Origin: Candidatus Shapirobacteria bacterium
Lineage (GTDB): Bacteria > Patescibacteriota > Microgenomatia > UBA12405
Length of the DNA stretch: 64,000 bases
NCBI GenBank assembly: GCA_041661765.1
Contig: JBAZTV010000003.1
Span: 79,914 to 143,913 of the forward strand
Direction of reading: 5' to 3'
This document shows, piece after piece, positions 28,948 through 38,741 of this stretch. Below the pieces are notes generated by a model. It saw only the letters and a program-made list of their open reading frames with translations. It did no database searches and was not told where the DNA came from. Position numbers and translations under genes: made by a program. Numbering within the stretch: position 1 is the stretch's first letter; every line of letters begins with the position of its first letter.

Positions 28948-29733
28948 ATGAAATGTACTAATTGTCAGACTGAGACAAGTGATATTGGAGATTTACATTG
29001 TCGCAAGATTTTTAAAAATGAATTTGAAAGACTTTTAGAAAAATGGGAATCAACAAAAGCGATAGATTATTTTAAAGCCTTTTTATTTAAAGATCCTTCA
29101 AGTAATGAATGGAAAAATAATAAATGGAAAAAGGTTTATGAAAATATGGTTAAAGAGGAAGAAAAAAAAGAAATGACTGTTCTGGGGATGAAAATTAGAA
29201 AAAAGCAATTATTGAATGAAAGGGAGTTGATAATTTTAAAGAATAATCAAAAAAATGAATGGTTAGGGTATTACCATTACACTCAATATCAAATAAATAA
29301 AGATATTTGGGAACAAATTAAAGCCTGTAGTTTTTATAGAGATGCCGATAAGCCAGATGTTGGAATAAAAATAACTGAAAAAATAAACAACAAAAATCCA
29401 GACAAAACTGCCTTAGCTGCCCTTTACACCACCAGAGGTGGTGCATATAAAGATTTTGGTAATTACAATGAAGCCATAGAATGTGCAAACAAAGCTATTC
29501 AAATAAATAAAACATTTTATCCATATACCCTTTTGGGTGCAGTTTACATTTTAAAAGAAAGTTTTAGTAAAGCGGATGAATGTTTTGAAATAGCGATTAG
29601 GTTAGGTGCTGATCATAGACTTATTGGTTATGAAATTCAAAAAGCTTCCCAAAAATTAAGTGCAACAGCTAAAAAAGAAATAAGGGGTATATTTTATAAA
29701 AAATATACTGCCTTTAAGGAACCGAATAATTAA
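28948..29733 (+). CDS. hypothetical protein, N-terminal Cys4 zinc-ribbon-like + C-terminal TPR repeats
   Basis: CTNCQ...HCRK; TPR-like ALAALYTTRGGAYKDFGNYNEAIECANKAIQIN. Confidence 0.4.
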   Translation: MKCTNCQTETSDIGDLHCRKIFKNEFERLLEKWESTKAIDYFKAFLFKDPSSNEWKNNKWKKVYENMVKEEEKKEMTVLGMKIRKKQLLNERELIILKNNQKNEWLGYYHYTQYQINKDIWEQIKACSFYRDADKPDVGIKITEKINNKNPDKTALAALYTTRGGAYKDFGNYNEAIECANKAIQINKTFYPYTLLGAVYILKESFSKADECFEIAIRLGADHRLIGYEIQKASQKLSATAKKEIRGIFYKKYTAFKEPNN

Positions 29734-29762
29734 TAAATTTTGTTTAGTGCTAACATCAACTA

Positions 29763-30536
29763 ATGTTTAAAAAGTTTTCCATAATATTTTTTGTAATACT
29801 GTTAATTTCTTTTGGAATTTTTCTTTTAAAACCTAAATCAAAAGATCTTAATATGCCTATAATTTTATGGGTATGGGAAAGGCCAGAAAATCTCTATTTT
29901 TTGAAAGATAAAAATGTAAGTTTTGCTTATTTGTCAGGGACAGTAACTAAAAAGGATGAAAAAATAGAATATTATTCCCGTCGACAACCACTGAGAATTC
30001 CTGATAAAAGTAACATTATCTCGGTTGTTAGAATTGAAGACAGATCAATAGATCATATCTTTGAAGATAAATATTTACCAGAAATTTCAGATTATATTGT
30101 GAAATCTTGTATAGAAAAAACAAGTAATACTTCTTGTCAAATTGATTTTGATGCGACTGAATCCCAAATAGAGTTTTATAAAAAATTAGTGGTTAGTGTT
30201 AGAGATAAATTACCCAAAGAAATGAAATTATCCTTAACCGCTTTGGTGTCATGGTGTACTAATGATGAATCTTGGTTTAAAGATTTACCTGTCGATGAAG
30301 TGGTACCAATGTTTTTTAGATTGGGAAAAGATGAAAATGTTTATTGGCAAAAAATTGAAGATGGAAGTTTAAAGTTAAATCCTCTTTGTCAAAAAGCCAT
30401 TGGTATCTCTACTGATGAAAATATGCCAAATAAAATTTATCTTAAAAATAAACCTATATATATCTTTAACAATGAGTATTGGACACCTGTAAATTGGGAT
30501 ATAATGAAATTAGAAATTCAAAAAATATATGAGTAA
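29763..30536 (+). CDS. membrane-anchored/secreted hypothetical protein
   Basis: N-terminal hydrophobic anchor FSIIFFVILLISFGIFLL. Confidence 0.4.
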   Translation: MFKKFSIIFFVILLISFGIFLLKPKSKDLNMPIILWVWERPENLYFLKDKNVSFAYLSGTVTKKDEKIEYYSRRQPLRIPDKSNIISVVRIEDRSIDHIFEDKYLPEISDYIVKSCIEKTSNTSCQIDFDATESQIEFYKKLVVSVRDKLPKEMKLSLTALVSWCTNDESWFKDLPVDEVVPMFFRLGKDENVYWQKIEDGSLKLNPLCQKAIGISTDENMPNKIYLKNKPIYIFNNEYWTPVNWDIMKLEIQKIYE

Positions 30537-32682
30537 ATCAATCAAAATATTATTTCTATTTTTAATTATTTCCTTATTTTATAAGTCAACTGTTATTGCT
30601 TGTGCTCCTGGTTTTCCTGAATACATTTATGATCCTAGTCAGATTCTTACTGATTATTACCCACTAATAAGTGGAATCGGAGAGACTGATTATAAAAAAA
30701 ATCCAATACTAAATCAAAATTTTGAAGTCATTGCTCCGATATGGGGTCCAGAATATTTACTACCAGTTTATCTAAGTTCAATTAATAAGGAATTACCTAA
30801 CGACATTAAAAATGCTTGGGCAAATATTGTTAATGATCGGGATTACTATATGAGGTTAAAAAGGAATCAACTGTCAGAAGACTATGTAAGTGTTGATTCA
30901 CCAATGTCTGGCGGAGAAAAAAATGAATTAACTTTTTGGCAAAAAATTAGTTTGACAATTGATGGATTTTTGATTAAAAATAAATCTGAATCAGAGATGG
31001 AGAATGAATATAAAATGGCGGCTGATGAATACCATAAAGGAAATTACAACAAATCAATTGCTCTTTTTAATAGAATTTATAAAAACAAAAAACATTCTTA
31101 TCGAGATAAAGCTGCTTTGAGTCTTGGTTGGTCTTATATCGCCAAGGCCAATCAACAATATGAGTTAGATTTAAAAAATAAAGTAAAAGATGCTGAAAAA
31201 AAACAAATTGAAAATTTAAAAATAGCTCAAACTTATTATCAAAAAATAGTGGCTGATTCATCACTTTCGGAGGTAAGACTAGAAGCCGAAAAATATTTAG
31301 ATTATGTTCTCTACAGAACAGATCCGGTTTTTAGAATGACAAGAGCAGCAAAAGTGATGTTGGCAACAACAGATCCACAAGAGTTTTTAAGAAACTTAAA
31401 CGATTATATTCCTCTATGGTACAAATATTTTTATCGTCATATTGTTTATGATAAAGAAGTAGTTGAGTTTGAAAAATATAGTAAACAAATAAAAGAATCT
31501 GGAGATGAATTTAGTCAATTTTTATTAGCTTGGACTGATTTAAATTATAATAGTTTGGATAATAATATCGATAAATATAAAGAAAGTAATTCCCCTCTTT
31601 GGTTAATCATATCTCAACGCCAAATCGAGACAAATAACAAAGAATGGAACTATATTAATGATGAAATAAATAAAATATCAACTAATTCTCCTTTTTATTT
31701 AACAGCTCAATACTACAATTTTGACAAACAGTCTGGAGACTCAAAATTAAAAGAAGTTATCAAAGATCCAATTAAAAAATTAATAAGCCAAACCGACACA
31801 GATAAACAATACAGTGCTCAGAATTTATTTAACAGTTTAATGTTTAATTTATCTGACGACTTAGTTGAAAAGCAAAAGTATTCATTAATGAATAATCTTA
31901 ATTCTTATTGGACATTTTGGGATTCGACTAGTTGGGCACCATATTACCAGTACTTGAATTATAAAAATGCAGATAAAAATAAGGTTTACTTTATTAGTTA
32001 TAAAATGAAACAAATGTTAGCTTCATTAGATATTAATAAATTTAATGAATTGCTTTCTAAAAAAGATATTTTTAATCCTCAAATTAAACAATATTTAAGA
32101 TTAGTTTTGTTTACAAAATCGGTATTGAATAATCAATTTGATATTTCTAAAAATATGGCTGTTTTATTGGCCAAGAATAATTCCGAAATAGCAAAAGATT
32201 TGGCTGCTTTTATTAAAACTCAAGACCAAGATGAGCAAAAATTCTTAGCCGCTAAATTTATATTAGATTATCCAGAGATTACTGATTTTTCTAGTCAAAG
32301 TTTTGATGAATTTTCTTTGTATGAGGTAAAAACGATTAAAGAAATAGATAATTTTCGAAGAAATTGGGCATTTGAAGATAGTCTAGCTATGCCTGGTTAT
32401 CCCGACTATTATGAAAAATATGAAGAATATAAAAATAATAAGATAAATTCTGATGATTTATTAGTAAATAAAATTAGTCAAATTGTCATTGACTATGCAA
32501 TTAAAAATTCAAATCATAGTTTAGTTCCAATGGCATTAAGTCAGGTGGTTGATTTAGTTCATTACGGAACTAATACAGATAAAAAATCAGCCGAATATGC
32601 CAAGAGAGCTTTTACCTTACTTCATACTAATTACCCAAATAATTATTGGGCAAAACAAACTCCATACTGGTATGAATACTAA
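30529..32682 (+). CDS. large secreted hypothetical protein (717 aa) with TPR-like segment
   Basis: Signal peptide MSKSIKILFLFLIISLFYKSTVIACA; no catalytic motif recognised. Confidence 0.45.
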   Translation: MSKSIKILFLFLIISLFYKSTVIACAPGFPEYIYDPSQILTDYYPLISGIGETDYKKNPILNQNFEVIAPIWGPEYLLPVYLSSINKELPNDIKNAWANIVNDRDYYMRLKRNQLSEDYVSVDSPMSGGEKNELTFWQKISLTIDGFLIKNKSESEMENEYKMAADEYHKGNYNKSIALFNRIYKNKKHSYRDKAALSLGWSYIAKANQQYELDLKNKVKDAEKKQIENLKIAQTYYQKIVADSSLSEVRLEAEKYLDYVLYRTDPVFRMTRAAKVMLATTDPQEFLRNLNDYIPLWYKYFYRHIVYDKEVVEFEKYSKQIKESGDEFSQFLLAWTDLNYNSLDNNIDKYKESNSPLWLIISQRQIETNNKEWNYINDEINKISTNSPFYLTAQYYNFDKQSGDSKLKEVIKDPIKKLISQTDTDKQYSAQNLFNSLMFNLSDDLVEKQKYSLMNNLNSYWTFWDSTSWAPYYQYLNYKNADKNKVYFISYKMKQMLASLDINKFNELLSKKDIFNPQIKQYLRLVLFTKSVLNNQFDISKNMAVLLAKNNSEIAKDLAAFIKTQDQDEQKFLAAKFILDYPEITDFSSQSFDEFSLYEVKTIKEIDNFRRNWAFEDSLAMPGYPDYYEKYEEYKNNKINSDDLLVNKISQIVIDYAIKNSNHSLVPMALSQVVDLVHYGTNTDKKSAEYAKRAFTLLHTNYPNNYWAKQTPYWYEY

Positions 32683-33868
32683 AAGATTAATTGCGATTAT
32701 TATAATCGTATTATTAATTTCTCTTTCTTTTTCTGTTTTTAAAAAATGCTTGATTAAAAAAGATTTAATAACGGATATTATTAAAAGTAAAATATTACCA
32801 AAAATAACTTCAGAAGAAATTACAAAAGATAAAGAAATATTATTTAGTATTGGAAAAAATAATGTGATTATTACTCCAAGCTCTGTGGATATAAATGGAG
32901 ATAAATTTAATGATGAATTATTAAATCAAAATGGATTACATTTAGATTCATCTAATTACCCTAATTTATTTGAGCCGGAAAATGAGTTTGCTCGTCTTCA
33001 TGCAAAAGAAATTTCTGGAGGTGATAAATTAGACACAAAATTAATCTATATTGCTCGTCAGGTGCCAAATCATGGAGATATAGTGGATGGTTATTATGTA
33101 ATTGTTGATCCAGAAATTGGGAAAGTTGTTGATACTGGTTATAATAGCCTTTTTGGTAATGTCCATTTTAATAATTCATGTACTAGCTGTGCCCTACCAG
33201 TTTTATTGTTTAGAGAATACAATCGTCAACAACAGAAATTTATACTTACTAATAATCAACATAAAAAAGAATTTGTGGAGTTGTTGAGGCAATATACAGA
33301 TAGAGGTAATAAAGAATCCTGTCTTTTAAATGGAGAAAATATTTTAATAAATGAATTAATTAAAACTGTCAAAGACAGTGACAAATGTTCCGATATTAAT
33401 GATCCTGATAATTACCCAGCAGACTCTTTTATAACAGTTGGAGAATATAAACAAATTATTAATAATATTAAAGAAATTATTAATGGTAAAAATATTGAGA
33501 TGGTAAACCAAGGTTATTTTGGAGAAGGACTAGCTCCACTAAAATCAGTAACTTATTATGGATATGTCAATAAAATATCAACTTCAGGAGAAGCCAGATT
33601 TTATTGGTATGATACAAAAATCAAAAAGATTAAAGACGCTGATAATCAATATGCTTGGTTCTGGGCTATGCCAATAGATGTTCCATCTGATTCAGTATTA
33701 ACTGAAAAATGGGTAAAGTTTATTAATGAAAACATAGATTCAGTTTTTAAAATAACAGGGACAAGAGGTAAAAATGATTGTAGTTATTGGGGTTCAGATC
33801 ATTGTGTTGAAGACATTAATGTTAAAAGTATTGAAGTGGTTGGTAAAAATAAATTAATTGAATTTTGA
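32672..33868 (+). CDS. membrane-anchored hypothetical protein
   Basis: The track ORF starts at 32597 inside the upstream gene. A more likely start is the Met at 32672 (MNTKRLIAIIIIVLLISLSF, a signal/anchor), which overlaps the upstream stop. Confidence 0.45.
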   Translation: MNTKRLIAIIIIVLLISLSFSVFKKCLIKKDLITDIIKSKILPKITSEEITKDKEILFSIGKNNVIITPSSVDINGDKFNDELLNQNGLHLDSSNYPNLFEPENEFARLHAKEISGGDKLDTKLIYIARQVPNHGDIVDGYYVIVDPEIGKVVDTGYNSLFGNVHFNNSCTSCALPVLLFREYNRQQQKFILTNNQHKKEFVELLRQYTDRGNKESCLLNGENILINELIKTVKDSDKCSDINDPDNYPADSFITVGEYKQIINNIKEIINGKNIEMVNQGYFGEGLAPLKSVTYYGYVNKISTSGEARFYWYDTKIKKIKDADNQYAWFWAMPIDVPSDSVLTEKWVKFINENIDSVFKITGTRGKNDCSYWGSDHCVEDINVKSIEVVGKNKLIEF

Positions 33869-33879
33869 TATTATAACTT

Positions 33880-34056
33880 ATGAAATTTATATTTATTATT
33901 ATTTTTATAATTGGTTTTTTGTTTATTAATGCTGCACATATTCCAGCATGGTTTTTAAGTGGAGAAAAACCAACACACCCTGGTTGGAAAATATATGGAA
34001 TAATTGGAGTACTAATTTGGATCTTACTTCTAATACTTGGAAATACTATTTTATAA
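33880..34056 (+). CDS. 58-aa two-TM small membrane protein; not in the ORF track
   Basis: Encodes MKFIFIIIFIIGFLFINAAHIPAWFLSGEKPTHPGWKIYGIIGVLIWILLLILGNTIL. Lies between two diverged copies of the upstream gene's 3' end. Confidence 0.3.
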   Translation: MKFIFIIIFIIGFLFINAAHIPAWFLSGEKPTHPGWKIYGIIGVLIWILLLILGNTIL

Positions 34057-34093
34057 CCCATAAGTAGCAATCCTGATTAATTTCAATATTAAC

Positions 34094-34167
34094 TCAGATC
34101 ATTGTGTTGAAAATATTAATATAAAAAACATCGAAGTAGTAGATAAAAATAAAGTAATGAATTTTTA
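34094..34167 (+). repeat. degenerate duplicate of the last ~75 bp (including stop) of gene 32672..33868; original at 33793-33868
   Basis: tcagatcattgtgttgaa is identical in both copies; the remainder is about 70% identical. Both translate in-frame to ..SDHCVE[DN]IN[VI]K[SN]IEVV[GD]KNK...F*. Confidence 0.7.
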
Positions 34168-34194
34168 GATATTAATTTAGTGATATTATGAGTT

Positions 34195-34725
34195 ATGGAC
34201 AAAGATAAATTAAAAGATATTGAGGATGAAGAAAAAAAACTAAGAAATAGCATTGTTCGTCAGTTGGCAATGACAATTGAAATTAGTTTTGAATCATTTG
34301 GAATTATTTGTAAGGTTGTAGAATACAATTTTCGTCCAAACGACATTGAATTTTGCCTTGAATTGGCACTTGGTACACCTCTGGAAAAAGTAATTAAACA
34401 TCATAAAGACATAGCTATGGCAGTCTCGTCACCAACTGGTGATGTTGAAATTGAAGCACCTATTCCTGGTAGGTCTCTATTTGCAGTTAGAATACCAGTA
34501 AGAACAGGTTGGATGAAATCACAATACGAATATCAGAAACAGCTTGGGGCTGATACAAAAAAGATGACCGAAGAAGTAAAATTGGAGAATGAAGAGGAAT
34601 CTAGTGGTCCAAAAACATTTTTAGATTATCTATCTTTGCCTTTTCTTTTAGCTGCAACAATATTTGAAATAACTAGTGAATATTTAAGAAAATTAGGGAA
34701 TTTTATTAATGGTAGATTAAAATAA
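34195..34725 (+). CDS. hypothetical protein
   Basis: 176-aa ORF immediately upstream of the FtsK-like gene. Confidence 0.35.
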   Translation: MDKDKLKDIEDEEKKLRNSIVRQLAMTIEISFESFGIICKVVEYNFRPNDIEFCLELALGTPLEKVIKHHKDIAMAVSSPTGDVEIEAPIPGRSLFAVRIPVRTGWMKSQYEYQKQLGADTKKMTEEVKLENEEESSGPKTFLDYLSLPFLLAATIFEITSEYLRKLGNFINGRLK

Positions 34726-34728
34726 AAA

Positions 34729-35751
34729 ATGCTTAACTATATTATTCCTCAAGAAAAAAGAAACCAAGAAGATAAAGATCCTATGTTTGAAAATGCTGTT
34801 AATTTAATTTTAGAAACAGGAGCGGCCAGTACAACTTTAATTCAAAGAAAGCTTATGGTGGGTTATGCCAGAGCAGCAAAAATTTTAGATGAAATTGAAA
34901 CAGCTGGATTTATTGGTCCTTCAAATGGGGCTAAACCAAGAGAAATTTTGATTAAAAGTGTGAATGGTCAGTGGCAAATACCAAATCCTCCACTAGAACC
35001 AAAAATAATTGAAGAAGAACCACCAATAAAATGGAATAAAACAAAATATGCTGATGATAAATCCGACCAATTTGAGATTAGTCTTGGTATAGATGAAAAA
35101 AATAGAGACATGAGTTTTAATCTTGAACGTTATGGTAATTTATTAATTATTGGTTCTCAATTTACTTCAGCAGTTGACCTTTTAAACAATATTCTAGTAA
35201 GTTCCATGGCAAAATATTCACCAGAAAAACTTAGAATTATTGCGATCGACGGAATTAGAGGTGATTTAATTGTTCCAAATAAAGCTTCCCATTTACTAAC
35301 TCCATTAATTGTCGAACCAGAAAAAAGTATTAGTGCTTTAAAATGGTCTGTTTCCGAAATTCAAAGACGAATGAAAATGGAAAGTCAGATAGATAATTCA
35401 AAAGTGTTAATTTTAATTAATTCACTTAACCAAATGCTAATGTTTTCACCATCAGAAATAGAAGATAATCTTTATCTACTTATCACTCAAGGAAGAAAAT
35501 ATGGTTTTTATTTTGTGATCGGTGCTGATTATTTAAGCCCTAAAATGTCAAAAGAAATTATGGCTAATAGTCCAGCCAAATTAGTTTTTAAACCAACAGA
35601 TCAAAAAGTTGCTAGAGATACTGGTATTCCAGAATCAACTGATTTAGTTTCTCCCGATGAGGCTATTTTAGAAACAATGTTTGAAGGCAAGAAAAAAATA
35701 ACAATCAAAAAACTAAATCCAAAAGAAATTTACGAGGAAATTTTTGAATAA
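34729..35751 (+). CDS. FtsK/SpoIIIE-family protein with permuted architecture (gamma winged-helix at N-terminus) and degenerate P-loop
   Basis: The N-terminus DPMFENAVNLILETGAASTTLIQRKLMVGYARAAKILDEIETAGFIGPSNGAKPREIL is a near-consensus FtsK-gamma. Downstream, LLIIGSQFTSAVDLLNNILVSS...RIIAIDGIRGDL aligns to the FtsK motor, but Walker A reads GSQFTSA instead of GTTGSGKS. Confidence 0.65.
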   Translation: MLNYIIPQEKRNQEDKDPMFENAVNLILETGAASTTLIQRKLMVGYARAAKILDEIETAGFIGPSNGAKPREILIKSVNGQWQIPNPPLEPKIIEEEPPIKWNKTKYADDKSDQFEISLGIDEKNRDMSFNLERYGNLLIIGSQFTSAVDLLNNILVSSMAKYSPEKLRIIAIDGIRGDLIVPNKASHLLTPLIVEPEKSISALKWSVSEIQRRMKMESQIDNSKVLILINSLNQMLMFSPSEIEDNLYLLITQGRKYGFYFVIGADYLSPKMSKEIMANSPAKLVFKPTDQKVARDTGIPESTDLVSPDEAILETMFEGKKKITIKKLNPKEIYEEIFE

Positions 35752-35757
35752 ACAGAT

Positions 35758-36066
35758 ATGAAAAATAAAAATATCCATAGTAAGTATTTATATTTAATAT
35801 TAACCGGCATTATTATTGCAATTTTAATTTGGCTAAATTATTTTATTAAATTTAATCGTCAAGATTCTGAAAGAAAAAGATTGGATTTATTAGAATGTAA
35901 AAATTATGTAAAAAATAATGCTGAAACCTTTTCATGTGATGATTTTATAGAAGATAATACTGGTCCAATTAAAGGGTTTAAATGTATTAATGAAAAAAAA
36001 ATTAAAAAAACAGGATATATAGAATCTGATGAATTAGCAAAATGTATGGAAAATAAGGGCTGGTAA
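35758..36066 (+). CDS. small membrane-anchored hypothetical protein
   Basis: Single TM segment YLYLILTGIIIAILIWLNYFI. Confidence 0.35.
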   Translation: MKNKNIHSKYLYLILTGIIIAILIWLNYFIKFNRQDSERKRLDLLECKNYVKNNAETFSCDDFIEDNTGPIKGFKCINEKKIKKTGYIESDELAKCMENKGW

Positions 36067-36106
36067 TAGTGTTATTTTTTTTAAGCTCAAGTTTTTAAAA
36101 TTAGTC

Positions 36107-36811
36107 TTAGTCGTATAATTTAATTCCACCATTTGGATCTGGAAATTTAATTCTACTTCCCTCTTTAAAAGCATAAATAGGAGCTTCACTTAAAATTCTG
36201 CCGTTTATTTCTCCTTTAAAACTATGGTCACAATCTGGTATTTCAAAAATTTCTTTGTGTTTGGCATTAATGAAATAATCAAAAAATTTATCACCAATTT
36301 GTTTACCTAAAGCATAATCTCCCTGACCGACAACAATAATTACTTCACCCTTATATTCCCTGATTCCTTCAGCTCCATGTTCGCCACTAAAAACTATAGC
36401 TGGTTCAGTTAGAAGTATTTTTGTAACCTCTGGATATTCCCAAGCCGTCATAGAGATAGCTCCAGCCCCTGCAGAAGTTCCCATTAGATATATTTCCGGT
36501 TTATTACTGCCACAGATTTCTTTGGCATTATCTAGAACATAAGATAACGTTTCTCTTAGATTAATATCCCAACCAAAACCAAGAGATGAAATATTTGGAA
36601 TTCTAATCACAGCTCCAACTTTATTTTCAATTAAATAATCAGCCATCTTAATATATTTATCGTTATAACCACCAATAGAACCATCAGCTCCAGGAACATT
36701 AACAATAATTTTCCCATTGTTAAAAGGATGTATTGCCACATCAAGTTCAAAATCCATCGAGATTCCATTTTTTGTCTTTGTCCAGTGTAATTTAGTGGTT
36801 TTTATATCCAT
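36107..36811 (-). CDS. alpha/beta-hydrolase fold protein
   Basis: GxSxG nucleophile elbow LMGTSAGAG, with later Asp and His (DCDHSF). Confidence 0.55.
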   Translation of the reverse strand: MDIKTTKLHWTKTKNGISMDFELDVAIHPFNNGKIIVNVPGADGSIGGYNDKYIKMADYLIENKVGAVIRIPNISSLGFGWDINLRETLSYVLDNAKEICGSNKPEIYLMGTSAGAGAISMTAWEYPEVTKILLTEPAIVFSGEHGAEGIREYKGEVIIVVGQGDYALGKQIGDKFFDYFINAKHKEIFEIPDCDHSFKGEINGRILSEAPIYAFKEGSRIKFPDPNGGIKLYD

Positions 36812-36814
36812 TTT

Positions 36815-37204
36815 TTATATCTCCAAATATTTTTTCAATTGATCTGGATCTTCTTCTAAATTAATTTCAATTTGTGATTTTAAACAATTGTGTTGTTTTA
36901 AAACTTCTTTTTCAGCATTAAAAACATTGTCATCAAACCATAAAAATGGTTTGGAAAAATCAATTGCTTCTGTTTTTAATGTATCCCAACTGGTTGGTAA
37001 AATATTTTTCATCAATTCAATTGTTTTTTCATCAAAAAATCTTTCCATAAACCTAATTGTAAAAACAGCATCACCTTTACAATGAGTTGTGAGCCAATAA
37101 ATTTGATGATTTTTGAGAACATATTCTAAAAATTCTTTAACAAATTTTGCTTGGTTACCTGATTTTGTTAATAAAACACCGTCAATATCTAGATAAATGT
37201 TCAT
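36815..37204 (-). CDS. HAD-superfamily-like small hydrolase
   Basis: N-terminal DIDGVLL (DxDG motif I). Confidence 0.45.
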   Translation of the reverse strand: MNIYLDIDGVLLTKSGNQAKFVKEFLEYVLKNHQIYWLTTHCKGDAVFTIRFMERFFDEKTIELMKNILPTSWDTLKTEAIDFSKPFLWFDDNVFNAEKEVLKQHNCLKSQIEINLEEDPDQLKKYLEI

Positions 37205-37229
37205 AAGATAATATAATCTTATCTAAATA

Positions 37230-38303
37230 ATGATTTATTTGAAAGAAAAACAATACTACGAAGATCTTTATGATCTGTTAACTGTTAAAAATTGCCTTGA
37301 TTTTATTGAAATATGGAAAAGAAAAATTAAAAAAGATAGAGAAGAAATCAATGATTTTAAATTAGCAGATCCAAAAGGATTTGTAGAAGGACTAGGAGAG
37401 ATATCTCTCTATTATAAAAAAGGTGAGGAATATCGAAACAAGGAAAAAACAATAAGAGAATGGATGGATAAGGACCGAATAGAGCAGGAAATATATGACA
37501 ATGCAAAAGAACCAAGTTCAATATTTTGCCCAGATTGTAATTGGGCGATGAAGCTTGAAGACAAAACTTTATATAACCTTTCTGAAAAACAATCAAACAT
37601 ATTATTCTTTTTTAGATGTCCTAATTGTAAAAAAGGGAGAGGCATTTTTGATAATGGTGAAGAATTTGAACCTAAAAGACTAATCTGCCCTAAATGTAAT
37701 CGAGAATTGAAGGAAGATCGGCAACGAAAAGGTGAAGTAATTACTACTATCGAAACCTGTAAATGTGGTTATGAAAACAAGGATATTTGGGATATGAAGG
37801 CTGATAGTGATGAATATAAAAAGAAACAAGAAAAAGATAAACAATTATTAGAAACTTTTAGAGGAATATTTTGCTTAAGTAAGGAAGAAGGTGAAGAGTA
37901 CGTTTCAAGCCAAACAAAATCAGAATTATATTCTAAACATGAAGAAGAAAGAAAAACCAAAGAAGCTGACCCACGTTACAAGAAAGCAAAAGCATTAAAA
38001 AAGTTAAAAGTATTTGATTTACAAAAATTATTAAAGGAAACTTTAGAAAAAGAAAAATATATTGATCTTTCTTTTGATAAACCAGAAATTACTAGAGATG
38101 TGATAATTCCCTTCTCTATTCAAGAATCAGACACTTCAAAAAGTGACTACGATAGTCAAAATAATCTTAAAAAATTGATTAAAAAAACTTTGGAAGATAC
38201 AAATTGGCGATTAATGAGTGATGGAATTAGCCAGAGACTTGGAATTTTAACTGGTAGAATAAGGGGTTATGAAAATGAGGAAGATTTAATAAAGATTGTC
38301 TGA
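37230..38303 (+). CDS. hypothetical Lys/Glu-rich protein with three CxxC zinc-ribbon pairs
   Basis: CPDCNW, CPNCKK, CPKCN, CKCG. Confidence 0.4.
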   Translation: MIYLKEKQYYEDLYDLLTVKNCLDFIEIWKRKIKKDREEINDFKLADPKGFVEGLGEISLYYKKGEEYRNKEKTIREWMDKDRIEQEIYDNAKEPSSIFCPDCNWAMKLEDKTLYNLSEKQSNILFFFRCPNCKKGRGIFDNGEEFEPKRLICPKCNRELKEDRQRKGEVITTIETCKCGYENKDIWDMKADSDEYKKKQEKDKQLLETFRGIFCLSKEEGEEYVSSQTKSELYSKHEEERKTKEADPRYKKAKALKKLKVFDLQKLLKETLEKEKYIDLSFDKPEITRDVIIPFSIQESDTSKSDYDSQNNLKKLIKKTLEDTNWRLMSDGISQRLGILTGRIRGYENEEDLIKIV

Positions 38304-38340
38304 AAGAATAAATTTTTTGTTTATGTATAATAAAGTATGT

Positions 38341-38369
38341 GATCAGAGAAGGGATTCTCTCCTCTGATC
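38341..38369. terminator. bidirectional hairpin between convergent genes 37230..38303 (+) and the lexA operon (-)
   Basis: gatcagag-aagggattctctc-ctctgatc (8-bp stem). Confidence 0.5.
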
Positions 38370-38386
38370 GCAAAGTGAATCTAATT

Positions 38387-38665
38387 TTAACTTAGATATT
38401 TTTTAAGCCAGTTGCCATGTTCTAAAGCGAGTCCAAAACCTTGCCAATCATTTGTTAGTCTGACGACAAGTAGTTTATCTGTATTATCTGTCACTGTGTT
38501 TAAAGCACGAGCGATAGTATCAGCAGTGTAACCAGTTTTAGCCTCAATTACCCATACTGTCTCACAAGGTTTAACTCCTGAAACAGCTATTTCACCCAAT
38601 TTTTTTTCGAGTAAAGAATAGACTTGACCTGGGCGGTTTAAATCATATGTTATTAGAAATATCAT
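38387..38665 (-). CDS. small hypothetical protein co-transcribed downstream of lexA (possible Cas2/VapD-like fold)
   Basis: 92 aa; N-terminus MIFLITYDLNRPGQ and the ETVWVIEA/LLVVRL strand pattern resemble small Cas2/VapD-like nucleases. This is inference only. Confidence 0.4.
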   Translation of the reverse strand: MIFLITYDLNRPGQVYSLLEKKLGEIAVSGVKPCETVWVIEAKTGYTADTIARALNTVTDNTDKLLVVRLTNDWQGFGLALEHGNWLKKYLS

Positions 38666-38741
38666 ATATTTTTTATCCTTTTAATGAACCAAACTCGTGG
38701 AAAGTTTGTTAAACCCGTAAATCTCTTTAGCTAGAATCCAA

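Noticed and set aside
33822-34070. Track ORF on minus strand (82 aa)
   Set aside because: It is antisense to the 3' end of 32672..33868 and to the small TM ORF. AT-rich low-complexity translation with no support.
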